Source: an uncultured Gammaproteobacteria bacterium (GTDB lineage Bacteria > Patescibacteriota > Microgenomatia > Daviesbacterales > UBA10151). From it: a stretch of 64,000 nucleotides of DNA. Below the pieces are notes generated by a model. That model worked only from the letters and a program-made list of their open reading frames with translations. It searched no databases and was not told the DNA's origin. The stretch is taken from assembly GCA_964396715.1 (NCBI GenBank), contig CAYNFQ010000001.1:21037-85036 (forward strand), read 5' to 3'. The first letter of the stretch is position 1, and each line of letters opens with the position of its first letter. This document shows positions 45,758 through 56,563 of this stretch, piece by piece. Both the position numbers and the translations under genes were made by a program.

Positions 45758-47230
45758 ATGGAGTCAGTTGAACAAATTGATCCGACAGAAGAAGTTTCTG
45801 TGGAAACTGTTAAAAAAAGAGCAGTCAAGGGCGCAGTAATTCTGACAGGAAGAAATATCTTCATCCAGGGGATATCCTTTTTTGCAACAGCGCTGCTGAC
45901 GGTTTTTTTACTCCCTGCGGAATTTGGAGTTTTCTTTATTGTGTCTGCGGTGATTTCCTTTTTGGCATATTTTTCGGATATCGGTTTTGCAGCCTCTCTT
46001 ATTCAAAAAAAAGAAAATTTAGAAGATATCGAGTTAAAAACGGTCTTTACTGCCCAGCAGATACTGATAATTCTGCTTTTGGCAGTAGTCTTTTTGTTTA
46101 CCCCTCTGATACAAAATTTCTACAATCTATCAAAAGATGCAATATATCTTTTGTGGGCTCTTTCTTTTTCACTGTTTTTATCATCACTTAAAACCATCCC
46201 CACTGTTTTGATGGAAAGAAGGCTGGAATTTAACAAATGGGTGATACCGCAAATTGCCGAAACTTTAATTTTTAATATCACTGCGGTTTTTTTAGCATGG
46301 AAAGGGTACGGGGTGACAAGTTTTACCGTAGCGGTTTTATTAAGAAGTTTTACCGGACTTATCTTGACATATTTAATTAAGCCATGGATGCCGGCAATTG
46401 CTTTTTCTCAGAGTGCTTTTAAATCAATTTTAAAGTTCGGTGTTCCTTATCAGGCCAACACCTTTTTGGCCATGGTTAAAGATGACGGGATGATTTTGTT
46501 TTTAGGGTCTATTTTAGGACCCTCGGGTGTCGGGCTTTTGGGGTGGGCGCAAAAATGGGCCTATGCCCCTTTGCGTTTTTTTATGGATCAGGTAATTAAA
46601 GTTACCTTTCCGGCATTTTCCAGGTTGCAGGATAAAAGGGTGGAGCTTTCACAATCAGTCTCAAAAGCTATAATGTTTGTCTGCATTTTGGTTTTCCCCT
46701 CACTTGTGATGCTGGTGCTGGCAGCTCCAATCCTTTTGCAAATGATCCCGAAATACAGTAAATGGGAAGGGGCACTTTTTGCCTTAAGTGTTTTAAGCAT
46801 TACCTCTGCCCTGGCTGCCATCACCACTCCTTTAACAAATACCTTAAACGCCATCGGACGGATTTCTTTAACTTTTAAACTGATGGTGATGTGGACTATT
46901 CTCACCTGGATTTTGGTTCCTGTTTTGTCCATAATGTACGGTGTGAACGGAGCGGCTTTGGGGCTGACCTTGGTGGGATTAAGTTCTTTTGTGGCACTTT
47001 ATATGACTGGTAAATTTGTGGATATTGATTATCTGCAAACTGTGGGTAAACCGCTATTTGCTTCCATTCTGATGGGGGGAATGGTGTTGATGGTCAAGGG
47101 AATATTTGAAACCTCTTTTTGGCAATTGCTTGCAATGGGAATTGGCGGATTGTTTTCTTATGGCGCAACTATCATGGTACTTGAGCCGTCTTTAAAAAAC
47201 TTGCTGAAAACGCTGTTTAAAAAAGTATGA
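45758..47230 (+). CDS. wzx: oligosaccharide/polysaccharide flippase, Wzx (MOP superfamily)
   Basis: 490 aa, about 12-14 TM helices and polysacc_synt-like N-terminal motifs (VKGAVILTGRNIF...GVF). Confidence 0.75.
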   Translation: MESVEQIDPTEEVSVETVKKRAVKGAVILTGRNIFIQGISFFATALLTVFLLPAEFGVFFIVSAVISFLAYFSDIGFAASLIQKKENLEDIELKTVFTAQQILIILLLAVVFLFTPLIQNFYNLSKDAIYLLWALSFSLFLSSLKTIPTVLMERRLEFNKWVIPQIAETLIFNITAVFLAWKGYGVTSFTVAVLLRSFTGLILTYLIKPWMPAIAFSQSAFKSILKFGVPYQANTFLAMVKDDGMILFLGSILGPSGVGLLGWAQKWAYAPLRFFMDQVIKVTFPAFSRLQDKRVELSQSVSKAIMFVCILVFPSLVMLVLAAPILLQMIPKYSKWEGALFALSVLSITSALAAITTPLTNTLNAIGRISLTFKLMVMWTILTWILVPVLSIMYGVNGAALGLTLVGLSSFVALYMTGKFVDIDYLQTVGKPLFASILMGGMVLMVKGIFETSFWQLLAMGIGGLFSYGATIMVLEPSLKNLLKTLFKKV

Positions 47231-50200
47231 AAAAATTGGCAGTTTTTCTTTTTTTTCTTCTGATATCATTTCTTAACCCCAAATTGTTATTTGCCCAGAG
47301 CCCTCAATCTTTTGTTTCCGTTGTTAATCCTGTCAGGGGAGAAGATTTTTGGTCTTTGGAAAATCAAACGGTCGTAACAGCGGTAAAAGGTCAAGCAGAG
47401 ATTTTAAGAGAAGCAGATATTCCGGCCACTTGGTTAATCCGCTTTGACGCGCTGGATAAAAAAGAAATAATTGATGTATTAAGCAAACTTCTATCCCACG
47501 AGAAAGGATTGTTTTTGGAAGTGACCCCCACTTGGGCAAAAGCGGCAGGAGTTGCCTACCGAGCTTCACAAAATTGGCATGATGCCGGCAGCGCTTTTTT
47601 AACAGGATATGAAAGAGGGGAGCGGGAGAAATTGATTGACGCTGCATTTGATAGGTTTAAAGAGGTATTTGGGAGTTATCCGGTTTCTGTGGGAGCCTGG
47701 TGGATAGACAGTTACTCGCTTGATTACATGCAAGCAAAATATGGCATAACTGCTGCTTTGATTGTTTCCGATCAGTATACTACTGACAATTACCAAATTT
47801 GGGGCCAATACTTCGGAGTACCTTATTATCCTTCTAGAAAAAATGTCCTGCATCCAGCGCAAAGTCAAGATGAAAAACTGCCGGTTGTGGTAATGCAGTG
47901 GGCAGCGAGGGATCCCTTCAATGGTTATGGAGATGGGGTAGAAGAGAGCACTTATTCTGTGCAAGCCAACGATTATCTTGACTACCATAAATTAGACACC
48001 AATTATTTTTCCTCTTTGATAGACATCTACACTAAGCAGCCATTTAATAAGTTTGGTCATATAGTGGTGGGTTTAGAGAATAGTTATTCTTGGGATAAAT
48101 ATGGACAGGAATACAGAAGGCAAATAGAGGTTTTAGCGGATAAGGCAAGACAGGGTCAATTTCAGATTGTTTCCATGAAAGGTTTTACTGTTTGGTATCA
48201 AAAGTCATTTCCTGATTTTTCTTCTGAACATCTGATAATGGCGGATGATCCCCTCGGCTCTTTTAAAAAAGCTGTCTGGTTTATGAATCCTTTCTTTCGG
48301 GCCGGATTTTTTATAAATCAGGACGGGGCGGTTTTCCGGGACATCCGCCAGTACGTAGAAGGGGAGGAGGAAATTTGTTTTCAAAAAAGATGTGACTCTG
48401 TTAATTTTGCCACCTTTTCAACCAGGGTTTTGGATGAGGTGACTTACGGGCAAAAATGGGTGATTGATGAGGGGAAAATTTCCGATTTTAAAGTTTCAAA
48501 ATCAGGTGAAAAATTTATCATAGATTATTTAAATGAGGCAGGGAAGAAAAGGATTATTGAGTTTTTACCAAGGGATATTTCGGTTGATGGGAAAATTTCA
48601 TCAATTGATGGGGTCATACTTGATGCAACCAAACATACTCTCACACAAAAAGAAAAACAACCCTTTTTACAATCAGGCCCTTTTCAGTGGTCTTTGGCAA
48701 GTATTTTTTCCAAAACAGGAGCGTTTTTGGTTTTTTTGCTGATTGGTTGCATAGTGCCAGGTCTGGTATTGATTAATAAGATTTTGCAAGATAGCTCTTT
48801 TTATCAGAAGGTGACCCTTTCAACAATCTTGGGATTTGTTTTGCTGACACTGCTATTTTATTCTCTAGGTCTTTTCAAACTTCAAAAACTGGTATTTATA
48901 TATCTATTAATAAATGCTTTTCTGCTTGCCAAAAATTACAAATTATTTGCAAAACTTAAATTAAAACCGAACTGGGGAGTGTTAGGGATAATTTTTGCAG
49001 GAGTGGTTTTTCAGCAATTGCCCACTTTTAAAAACGGCCTTAGTTTTCCTTATGGATTGGGTTTTTGGGGACCAAATACCCATGACGGGTTATGGCATGT
49101 CAGCTTAATCAACCAGCTGGTAAAATCCGTTCCACCCAATAATCCGATTTTTGCCCAGGATTTATTGAAAAACTATCACTATTTTTATGATCTTTTGGTG
49201 GCTGTAACTCACTATGTTTCAGGCATTCCCATATTAGATTTGTTGTTTAGATTTTATCCGGTAATCTTCTCTGTACTTTTAGGAACAGGTAGCTATTTCC
49301 TTATTCAATCATTAACAAAACAAAAATTGGCTCAATTTTTTGGTTTATATTTGGTATATTTTGCGGGCAGTTTTGGTTGGATAGTGGAATATATAAAATT
49401 CAAACATCTGGGTGGAGAATCAGCCTTCTGGGCAAATCAGTCTATCTCGTTTAATTTAAATCCGCCGTTTGCTATCTCCATGCTTTTGATTATTGCAATT
49501 TTTCAGCTTTTGCCAAATGTTAAATTCAGGTGGTTTTCAATTAGTGTTTTAACAGTTCTTGCCGGTAGTTTGCTTGCCTTTAAAGCATATGCCGGAATTT
49601 TGATTCTCACAACCCTCTTTATAGTAGGCGTTTTAAAAAGATCTCTCTTGTATCTTGCGGTCTTTCTCACAAGCAGCATCTTATCACTCATGCTGTTTTT
49701 AACAAATTTCACAATTGGTCAAAAATTGCTAATTTTTTCGCCTTTCTGGTTTATTCATTCTATGATCGATTCGCCTGATAGAGTAGGGTGGGCAAGGCTG
49801 TCTTTGGCCAGAGTGGCAGGAGCAGAAGGGGGGAACTGGTTTAAATTCGCAGCAGCAGAATCAATAAGTTTTTTAATATTTTTAATTGGTAATTTGGGAA
49901 CAAGGGCCTTTGCCCTACTCGCCCTCCCCAAAATCACACATATTGTCCGACGTGAAGATTACTTATCTTTATTGATCTTTTCTTCTTTGGCATTTATATT
50001 GCCTGTATTTTTCATCCAGGCAGGAAACCCCTGGAATACCATTCAATTCACGTATTATTTCTTATATATTTCGGCTCTAATAGGAGGATTGGTTTTTGCA
50101 AGAATTGCCCTCATCCTTCCCAAAATATTAGCCCTGCCCCTTGTGGCAATTTTTATAGTTATCACTCCCATAAATTCCTGGGCTACGGCAAACGGTTACT

Positions 50201-50619
50201 TAACTAACCTGCCACATGCCTTTGTTGGTCAAGAAGAATTTGAAGCACTGGAATTTTTGAGAGCGCAAAATGAGGGAATAATTTTAACTTATCCTTATGA
50301 TCCGAAATTAAAAAACAAAATTCTTGAACCCTGGCCTTTATTTGTTTACGACAGCACCGCCTATGTTTCTGCCCTTGCAAACAAAGCAGTTTATTTGGAA
50401 GATGAGGGGCAAAATCAAATTCTTTTGACGGATTATAAAAAAAGGTTGGTTGCCGCTAAGGATTTTTTTGTAAGACCAGATACGGAATTTTTGAAAAACA
50501 ACAATATCAGTTATATTTATTTGCCGAAAATAGCGGACATTAAACTGGATGAAGATTCTCTTTCGGTTGTGAAGATTTTTGAAAATGATGAAGCGTTAAT
50601 TTACGAGGTAAACAGATGA
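47227..50619 (+). CDS. large membrane protein: N-terminal secreted domain of about 480 aa (possible polysaccharide-deacetylase-like fold) plus a C-terminal polytopic domain (paralog family C)
   Basis: Signal peptide. The TM domain shares blocks with the 50616 gene (HDGLWHVSL, LGGESAFWANQS, FKAYAGILIL, SPFWFIHSMIDSPDR, FLIFLIGNLGTRAF) and a conserved C-terminal soluble tail. Confidence 0.5.
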   Translation: MKKLAVFLFFLLISFLNPKLLFAQSPQSFVSVVNPVRGEDFWSLENQTVVTAVKGQAEILREADIPATWLIRFDALDKKEIIDVLSKLLSHEKGLFLEVTPTWAKAAGVAYRASQNWHDAGSAFLTGYERGEREKLIDAAFDRFKEVFGSYPVSVGAWWIDSYSLDYMQAKYGITAALIVSDQYTTDNYQIWGQYFGVPYYPSRKNVLHPAQSQDEKLPVVVMQWAARDPFNGYGDGVEESTYSVQANDYLDYHKLDTNYFSSLIDIYTKQPFNKFGHIVVGLENSYSWDKYGQEYRRQIEVLADKARQGQFQIVSMKGFTVWYQKSFPDFSSEHLIMADDPLGSFKKAVWFMNPFFRAGFFINQDGAVFRDIRQYVEGEEEICFQKRCDSVNFATFSTRVLDEVTYGQKWVIDEGKISDFKVSKSGEKFIIDYLNEAGKKRIIEFLPRDISVDGKISSIDGVILDATKHTLTQKEKQPFLQSGPFQWSLASIFSKTGAFLVFLLIGCIVPGLVLINKILQDSSFYQKVTLSTILGFVLLTLLFYSLGLFKLQKLVFIYLLINAFLLAKNYKLFAKLKLKPNWGVLGIIFAGVVFQQLPTFKNGLSFPYGLGFWGPNTHDGLWHVSLINQLVKSVPPNNPIFAQDLLKNYHYFYDLLVAVTHYVSGIPILDLLFRFYPVIFSVLLGTGSYFLIQSLTKQKLAQFFGLYLVYFAGSFGWIVEYIKFKHLGGESAFWANQSISFNLNPPFAISMLLIIAIFQLLPNVKFRWFSISVLTVLAGSLLAFKAYAGILILTTLFIVGVLKRSLLYLAVFLTSSILSLMLFLTNFTIGQKLLIFSPFWFIHSMIDSPDRVGWARLSLARVAGAEGGNWFKFAAAESISFLIFLIGNLGTRAFALLALPKITHIVRREDYLSLLIFSSLAFILPVFFIQAGNPWNTIQFTYYFLYISALIGGLVFARIALILPKILALPLVAIFIVITPINSWATANGYLTNLPHAFVGQEEFEALEFLRAQNEGIILTYPYDPKLKNKILEPWPLFVYDSTAYVSALANKAVYLEDEGQNQILLTDYKKRLVAAKDFFVRPDTEFLKNNNISYIYLPKIADIKLDEDSLSVVKIFENDEALIYEVNR

Positions 50620-52601
50620 TCATCCTTCAGCAAATTTTCCTGGGAATATTTTTTTTAATTGCTTCGATCTTGATGTTTACACTTCCCGCCTCTTATTTAC
50701 TGGAGAAAGTGAGACATGGTTTAGATGATAACTTGGATAAATTTGTTATTTTTACGGTTTTTGGCTTGGTTGTTTTTACACTTTCCGCTTATGTTTTGGC
50801 TGCGCTTCAGTTAAGCTTTATAATGTATATCTTCCCGGTTTTAGGGTTTTGGTCTGTTTTTAAATTTAGGCAAAATATTCTGCAAAGTCAGTTTAAAATT
50901 AAGCGGAAATTTATCTTTCTGGCTGTGCTAATAGTGGGAATAATGGGGATGGTGGCAGTCAATGCGCCTTCAGGCTTTCCCTACAAAGAGGGAATTTATT
51001 TCTACAGTTCACATGGTCATGACGGAGTTTGGCATTTAAGCTTAATGGAAGAAATGAAAAAAGACACTTTCCCCTTTCAAAACCCGGAACTCTCAGGCAC
51101 AAAATTACAAAATTATCATTTTTTCTCTGACCTTTTAATGTCGGAATTTTCAAGGATGTTTGTTTTTTCAAACCTCGATATTTATTTCCGCTTTATGCCG
51201 ACAGTTTTCGCTGCTCTTTTAGGGTTATCCGTTTTTATTTTTGTCAGGGCTTGGAGTAAATCTGAAGTAGCCGGAATTTGGGCGATGATTTTTACATATT
51301 TTTCCGGAAGCTTTGGTTACCTTCTTTACATACCGACACACAAAAGTTTAGGCGGTGAATCCATATTCTGGGTCTCACAGACCCAATCGGTTTTAGGCAA
51401 TCCCCCTCATGCTGCCGCTTTTATTATAGTGACTACATTTTTATTTTGTTTGTTTAAATACTTGAATTCCAAAAATATGTTTTTCTTTTTGTTATGCGCA
51501 ATTTTAGGAGGAGCTGTGATTGGGTTTAAAGTATATGCCGGAGTTTTAATTTTAGGAGGACTTTTGGGGTTGGGAATTTTCGAATTCCTTTTTAAAAAAA
51601 TTTACAAAAGCCTGTTTCTTTTTCTTACTACCCTGCTTATTGCTCTGGGAATTTATTTGCCAAACAGCGCAAATTCGCAGGATTTTTTAATCTGGCAGCC
51701 ATGGTGGTTTATCAGGACAATGGTGGTGGCGCCAGACCGTCTTAACTGGATAGACTTGGAACTGAGAAGACAAACATATATTGCTGAAAACAACTGGAAA
51801 AGGGTTATACAGCTGGAAGCGACAGCCTTTTTAATATTTTTAATAGGCAATTTGGGGATGAGAGTTTTGGGATTTTGGACGGTATATAAAAAGATCAGGG
51901 AAAATATATTTGGTAATTCTTTTAATTTATTTTTCTTGATGATTACAACTGTATCATTTTTTATTCCGGTATTTTTCCTACAAAAAGGGGTGGCTTGGAA
52001 TGTGATTCAATTTAACCAATATTTCCTACTTCTATTCGGTTTTTTGTCAGCGGTTGCTGTAGCGGAAATTATGAAAAAAATGAGATCCGGCTATTTAAGA
52101 TTAATTTTATCCGCGCTGATAATTTTTCTGGCAGTGCCAACACAAGCAGGACTGCTTTGGCAGTTTTATTCGAATAAGCCTCTCTCCAAAATTTCATACG
52201 ATGAAATTAAGGCATTAAATTTTTTAAAAAGACAAAAAGAAGGTATTATTTTAGTGGCCCCTTTTAACAAATACGAAAGGGATAAGTATAAAGATCCGCC
52301 AATTCCCATATACGCCTGGTATGACACGGGATATGTGGCGGCTGTTTCCGGCAAGCAAACTCTGCTTTCAGATGAGGAGCAGGTTAATATCATGGGTTAT
52401 GATGTCGCTACTGTTTTGCAAGATAGGATGGAAGCTTTTCAAACAACCGATTATAATTTAATTAACCAATTTCTTAAAAAATATAATATTGATTATGTCT
52501 ATCTTGCCTGGGATCAAAAATTTGCAACGGATTCTGCTACCATGAATATGGATCTGATTTTTGAAAATAAGGATTCTAAAGTTTTTAAGGTCAAAAGATG
52601 A
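50616..52601 (+). CDS. polytopic membrane protein (paralog family C) with a C-terminal soluble domain
   Basis: HDGVWHLSL, LGGESIFWVSQTQ, FKVYAGVLIL, QPWWFIRTMVVAPDR and FLIFLIGNLGMRV blocks. A 4-bp overlap couples it to the 47227 gene. Confidence 0.5.
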   Translation: MIILQQIFLGIFFLIASILMFTLPASYLLEKVRHGLDDNLDKFVIFTVFGLVVFTLSAYVLAALQLSFIMYIFPVLGFWSVFKFRQNILQSQFKIKRKFIFLAVLIVGIMGMVAVNAPSGFPYKEGIYFYSSHGHDGVWHLSLMEEMKKDTFPFQNPELSGTKLQNYHFFSDLLMSEFSRMFVFSNLDIYFRFMPTVFAALLGLSVFIFVRAWSKSEVAGIWAMIFTYFSGSFGYLLYIPTHKSLGGESIFWVSQTQSVLGNPPHAAAFIIVTTFLFCLFKYLNSKNMFFFLLCAILGGAVIGFKVYAGVLILGGLLGLGIFEFLFKKIYKSLFLFLTTLLIALGIYLPNSANSQDFLIWQPWWFIRTMVVAPDRLNWIDLELRRQTYIAENNWKRVIQLEATAFLIFLIGNLGMRVLGFWTVYKKIRENIFGNSFNLFFLMITTVSFFIPVFFLQKGVAWNVIQFNQYFLLLFGFLSAVAVAEIMKKMRSGYLRLILSALIIFLAVPTQAGLLWQFYSNKPLSKISYDEIKALNFLKRQKEGIILVAPFNKYERDKYKDPPIPIYAWYDTGYVAAVSGKQTLLSDEEQVNIMGYDVATVLQDRMEAFQTTDYNLINQFLKKYNIDYVYLAWDQKFATDSATMNMDLIFENKDSKVFKVKR

Positions 52602-54217
52602 GATTATCCGATAAATTTATCTTAATAATTATCTTAATTTTAGGACTGGTTCTTAGGGGTATAGATATTAATAATAATCCGCCTGCTCTTTACGGGGATG
52701 AGCTGACCATTACTTTGGATTCATATTCATTACTTAAAAGCGGCCAAGATCAGCTGGGTAACCCTTATCCTTTGACATTTCAGATGGGGGCAGGCAGGCC
52801 TGCCGGATATGTTTACGTATCCATACCATTTGTGGCAATCTTTGGTCCTGATGCATTGGGAGTTAGGATGCTCTCAATATTATCAGGGCTGGGGATTATT
52901 TTATTGCTTTACTCATTGGGCAAAAGACTATTTTCGGAAAAAGCAGGGTTGGCTGTTGCCTTTTTAACAGCTGTTTCACCTTGGGATATCTCTTTAAGCA
53001 GGGGAGGTTTTGAGGCCCATTTTGCCCTTTTTCTGGCTCTTTTGGGATTATTTTTATTGATGAAAGCTAAAGAGCACCCCCTGCTTTATATTTTTTCCGC
53101 TTTGAGTTTTGGTGCTACTTTACACACATATCCTACGTATAAGGTCAGTCTACTGTTATTTTTACCCTTAATGTTTTGGTATGAAGGTGGGATGAAAAGA
53201 ATTATTCAAAATAAATATTTCTCAGTAGCAACCGTGACGTTTATTGTCTTGAGTGCATTAGCTTTTAGTCAAACTTTCATCGGGGGGTCTGAAAAGCGGT
53301 TTTCTGATATAAATATTTTTTCACAGGGTCAGCTGAAAGATGCAATTGAGCAAAAAATAAATCTTGAAAGGACTATTACAAAAACGCCCCCAGAACTTTC
53401 CAGATATTTTCACAATAAGGGAGTTGAATATACAAAAGTATTTATTGAAAATTACCTGCAAAACTTTTCAATGGACTTTTTAGTACTGCACGGCGACAGG
53501 AATCCCCGCCACAACATGGCCACCATGGGGCAGATCTATTTTGCGGATATCATTCTGATGTTTGTGGGGCTGTTGGCTTTTTGGGGCAGATACAAAAAAG
53601 TTTTGCTTTTTTTTATTCTGTGGATAATCCTATCCCCAATTCCGACAGCAATGATTGATTTACCGCACGCCCTAAGATCCTCTTTTATGCTGCTCCCGCT
53701 TTTGCTACTTTCTGCCTTGGGGTTATTGGCAGTTCTAAACCAAAAAAAGAAGATTTTACTTTTTTTAATTTTTACAGTTTTCATAATACAATTTGCATTC
53801 TTTATACAAAAACTTTATTTTCTCTCTCCAAATGAATATAGTAATTTCTGGTCATATTCGGCGCGTATTGCATCGGAAATTGCTATAGAAAACAAAGATA
53901 AATTTAACTACATATTATTATCAGACAAAATCAATGACATAGAATTTGCTTATCCTGTTTACGGGAAAATAGATCCTCAAGCAGTTATTTCTCAAAATAA
54001 AAACAAACAACTTCTGCAAAACTTACCTTTTAAAAAATTTGATAATGTATACATTGGCTATATTCCGGATGAAGATGTTCAAAAATTTTCCGAAAGCCTG
54101 GAGGGTCCGGTTTTATATATTGGCTCACCCGATTCCTCAAAGTACCTTAAAAATTATGAGACTATCATAGGTAAAGACGGACTCCCGATTTTGGCAATTT
54201 CCAAAAAAGTAAATTAA
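52598..54217 (+). CDS. PMT/ArnT-like GT-C glycosyltransferase
   Basis: First-loop LYGDELTITLDSY DE motif, then a polytopic domain and a C-terminal soluble domain. A 4-bp overlap couples it to the upstream gene. Confidence 0.65.
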   Translation: MRLSDKFILIIILILGLVLRGIDINNNPPALYGDELTITLDSYSLLKSGQDQLGNPYPLTFQMGAGRPAGYVYVSIPFVAIFGPDALGVRMLSILSGLGIILLLYSLGKRLFSEKAGLAVAFLTAVSPWDISLSRGGFEAHFALFLALLGLFLLMKAKEHPLLYIFSALSFGATLHTYPTYKVSLLLFLPLMFWYEGGMKRIIQNKYFSVATVTFIVLSALAFSQTFIGGSEKRFSDINIFSQGQLKDAIEQKINLERTITKTPPELSRYFHNKGVEYTKVFIENYLQNFSMDFLVLHGDRNPRHNMATMGQIYFADIILMFVGLLAFWGRYKKVLLFFILWIILSPIPTAMIDLPHALRSSFMLLPLLLLSALGLLAVLNQKKKILLFLIFTVFIIQFAFFIQKLYFLSPNEYSNFWSYSARIASEIAIENKDKFNYILLSDKINDIEFAYPVYGKIDPQAVISQNKNKQLLQNLPFKKFDNVYIGYIPDEDVQKFSESLEGPVLYIGSPDSSKYLKNYETIIGKDGLPILAISKKVN

Positions 54218-56499
54218 AATTTTTGCATTTTTACCGCAGAAAGAGACATTAGGACAATTATTCCCAAAGTTGTCAGCGATATTTTTAATCCTAAATCAAA
54301 AGATTTTGGCCAATAGCTAAATATAACTTCATGCGATCCGGACGGGATTTTAACAGCTCTGAAAATTAAATTAGCCTTGCTGATTTTGGTATTTTCTCCG
54401 TCCACTTCGGCTTTCCACCCATCTTCAAATTGGTCAGCCAATATAAGTAATTCTGCTTTTGCAGTTTCGGTACGGAGTACAATTTTATTGGGGGTATAAC
54501 TTAAAATTTTAATTTTACCTTCACCGGAAACGTTCCCTATTAAAAGGTTGTCTGGTAAAAGTATTGTTTTTCTTGGGTCAAAAGATTTATCAAGCATTAT
54601 GGTTTCTTCGATTTCGCTTGTTTTTAGAATCCTTATGGAATTTGCAAAATATGCCCGTTCCTTGACATTTGGATTTTCCAAAATAACAGTAGATCCATCC
54701 TGAAAAACTGGCTTGTAGCCGGCCTCTAAAAATTTGGAATTTATAAGATTGCCCCCAATATTATTGTTTTTATCTCTTAAGATGCCGATAAAATACTTGA
54801 CATTTGCTGAGTCTATAAAAGGAGAATTATATTTTTGTGAAAGTTCGGCATAACGGCTGGAATTGCCTGATCTTAAATCTCCCCCGTTTAAATAGTCCAT
54901 AAATTTACCGTATTGGTTCAAATAGAGTGGATCATATCCCTCCAAAGACTGCAGGTTATAAGCAATCCAGGTGTTGGGAGGAAGAACTTCTGCATGTTCC
55001 CTGCCTAGTCTGAAATTCCCTGAATTTTTTTGCAAGTATTCTATGGCAGGAGTGGTGGGAAATATTAAATCTTTTGTAACAAAAGGATTAAACTTAAGAA
55101 AATATCTGCCAAGATCAAATACCAAAAAAATTAAGAGTACAATAAATATCAGACTATGTTTCTTCTTAAAAAGAAAAAAGATTATTAAATATAGTGTTAT
55201 TAATAATGTAGGTAAGATGGAATTTCTGAAAGAGATGGAAAAATTGGAAAGAGCAGTTCCTAATAAAATCCCAAAGATGGCCGCCCAAGACCAAACCACA
55301 GTTTTAAAAAATTTACCCTCTTCTTTGGCGGATATTATCTGATTAAGGGAAAGAGCGGCCAGTACTGCAGTTGAAAATATTGACATAAAGAGTATCCTGC
55401 TTGCAAAAGATGAGGTGAAAAGAGGTATTTTAAGTTGGTAAATTGATGAAGATATGGGATTATCAAAAGTTAAAATTAGTGATAAGAATAAAGTTACTAA
55501 GAAAAATATGCTTGTGCTGTTTCTTTTTAAATAGATTACGGAGAATAAAATGAGGGGTAAAGTTAATGTTCCCACAAAGGAGCTGGTTTCGGAATAATTT
55601 AAAAACCCCCAGTAGTTACCTGTTACCGGGTTTCCAAAAAAGTCAGCTAGGGAAAATTTTAAGAGTTCTTTAAGAGGAAGCAAACCAAAATTTACTTCAC
55701 TAGTATAGATTTCTGTAAGTCTGATAGATTTTCCCAGAAGATCAATACTTGGAAGTAATTGCACAGCATTTAAAAATATCGTTATTATCAAAGCTAAACT
55801 TAATGGCAGGAATTTATTTATGCAGGAATAAATTGCTACAACCGCGAAAGAATATGTAGCAACTTGAGCATTGCCTGCAAGAATCAAAAGCGTTAAGGAG
55901 ATTATTTCCAAAAATAGATATCTCAATTTTGAAGTTTGTAAATACAATTCTACTGAAAATAAAGAAAGCGGTAACCAGGCCATTGCATGAACTGCGGTAC
56001 CCAATTCCACCCAGGTTGTCATAAGTCCGCCCAAAGCAAAGATAATTGATCCGCAAAATCGGGCAATTTTTGAGCTTGTCCATAAAGATAAGAGAAGATA
56101 CATATTGATTGCGGCAAAAAGCGTTGATGAAAATACAAAGAAGCCCCAGCCTGTGTATTTGGGCAGAAGTAATAAAAGATTTAAAGGATAAAGAGCGGCC
56201 GAATGGTAGGTTGCCAAAAGCGGTGTGCCCATAAAAGAGTAAGGGTTCCAAAGAGGCCATTGTAAATTTTTGAACGCATCAATGCTTAAGTATTTCCATA
56301 AAAAGAATTGAGAAAAAACATCCGAAATTAAGGGGTTTTGTACAGGTATTTTATAGTAATCAAGCCAAGGCAGGTAGCTTCCAACCAGCAAATCTGCCGG
56401 AAAAGGAATTTTGCCAAATAAGAAAAATTTATAGTAAAGAAAAGAAATGATCACTGCCAAAAGCAGGATATAACGGTATCTGAAAAAGAATTTAGGCAT
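54214..56499 (-). CDS. YfhO-family-like polytopic membrane protein (GT-C)
   Basis: 761 aa. N-terminal LLVGSYLPWLDYY...PLWNPYSFMGTPLLA resembles the YfhO family. Confidence 0.55.
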   Translation of the reverse strand: MPKFFFRYRYILLLAVIISFLYYKFFLFGKIPFPADLLVGSYLPWLDYYKIPVQNPLISDVFSQFFLWKYLSIDAFKNLQWPLWNPYSFMGTPLLATYHSAALYPLNLLLLLPKYTGWGFFVFSSTLFAAINMYLLLSLWTSSKIARFCGSIIFALGGLMTTWVELGTAVHAMAWLPLSLFSVELYLQTSKLRYLFLEIISLTLLILAGNAQVATYSFAVVAIYSCINKFLPLSLALIITIFLNAVQLLPSIDLLGKSIRLTEIYTSEVNFGLLPLKELLKFSLADFFGNPVTGNYWGFLNYSETSSFVGTLTLPLILFSVIYLKRNSTSIFFLVTLFLSLILTFDNPISSSIYQLKIPLFTSSFASRILFMSIFSTAVLAALSLNQIISAKEEGKFFKTVVWSWAAIFGILLGTALSNFSISFRNSILPTLLITLYLIIFFLFKKKHSLIFIVLLIFLVFDLGRYFLKFNPFVTKDLIFPTTPAIEYLQKNSGNFRLGREHAEVLPPNTWIAYNLQSLEGYDPLYLNQYGKFMDYLNGGDLRSGNSSRYAELSQKYNSPFIDSANVKYFIGILRDKNNNIGGNLINSKFLEAGYKPVFQDGSTVILENPNVKERAYFANSIRILKTSEIEETIMLDKSFDPRKTILLPDNLLIGNVSGEGKIKILSYTPNKIVLRTETAKAELLILADQFEDGWKAEVDGENTKISKANLIFRAVKIPSGSHEVIFSYWPKSFDLGLKISLTTLGIIVLMSLSAVKMQKF

Positions 56500-56563
56500 A
56501 AGTTCAACTTCCAGTATAGCAAAAGCATTTTACTTATTTGGTTGATCTTGGTACCATTTAAAC

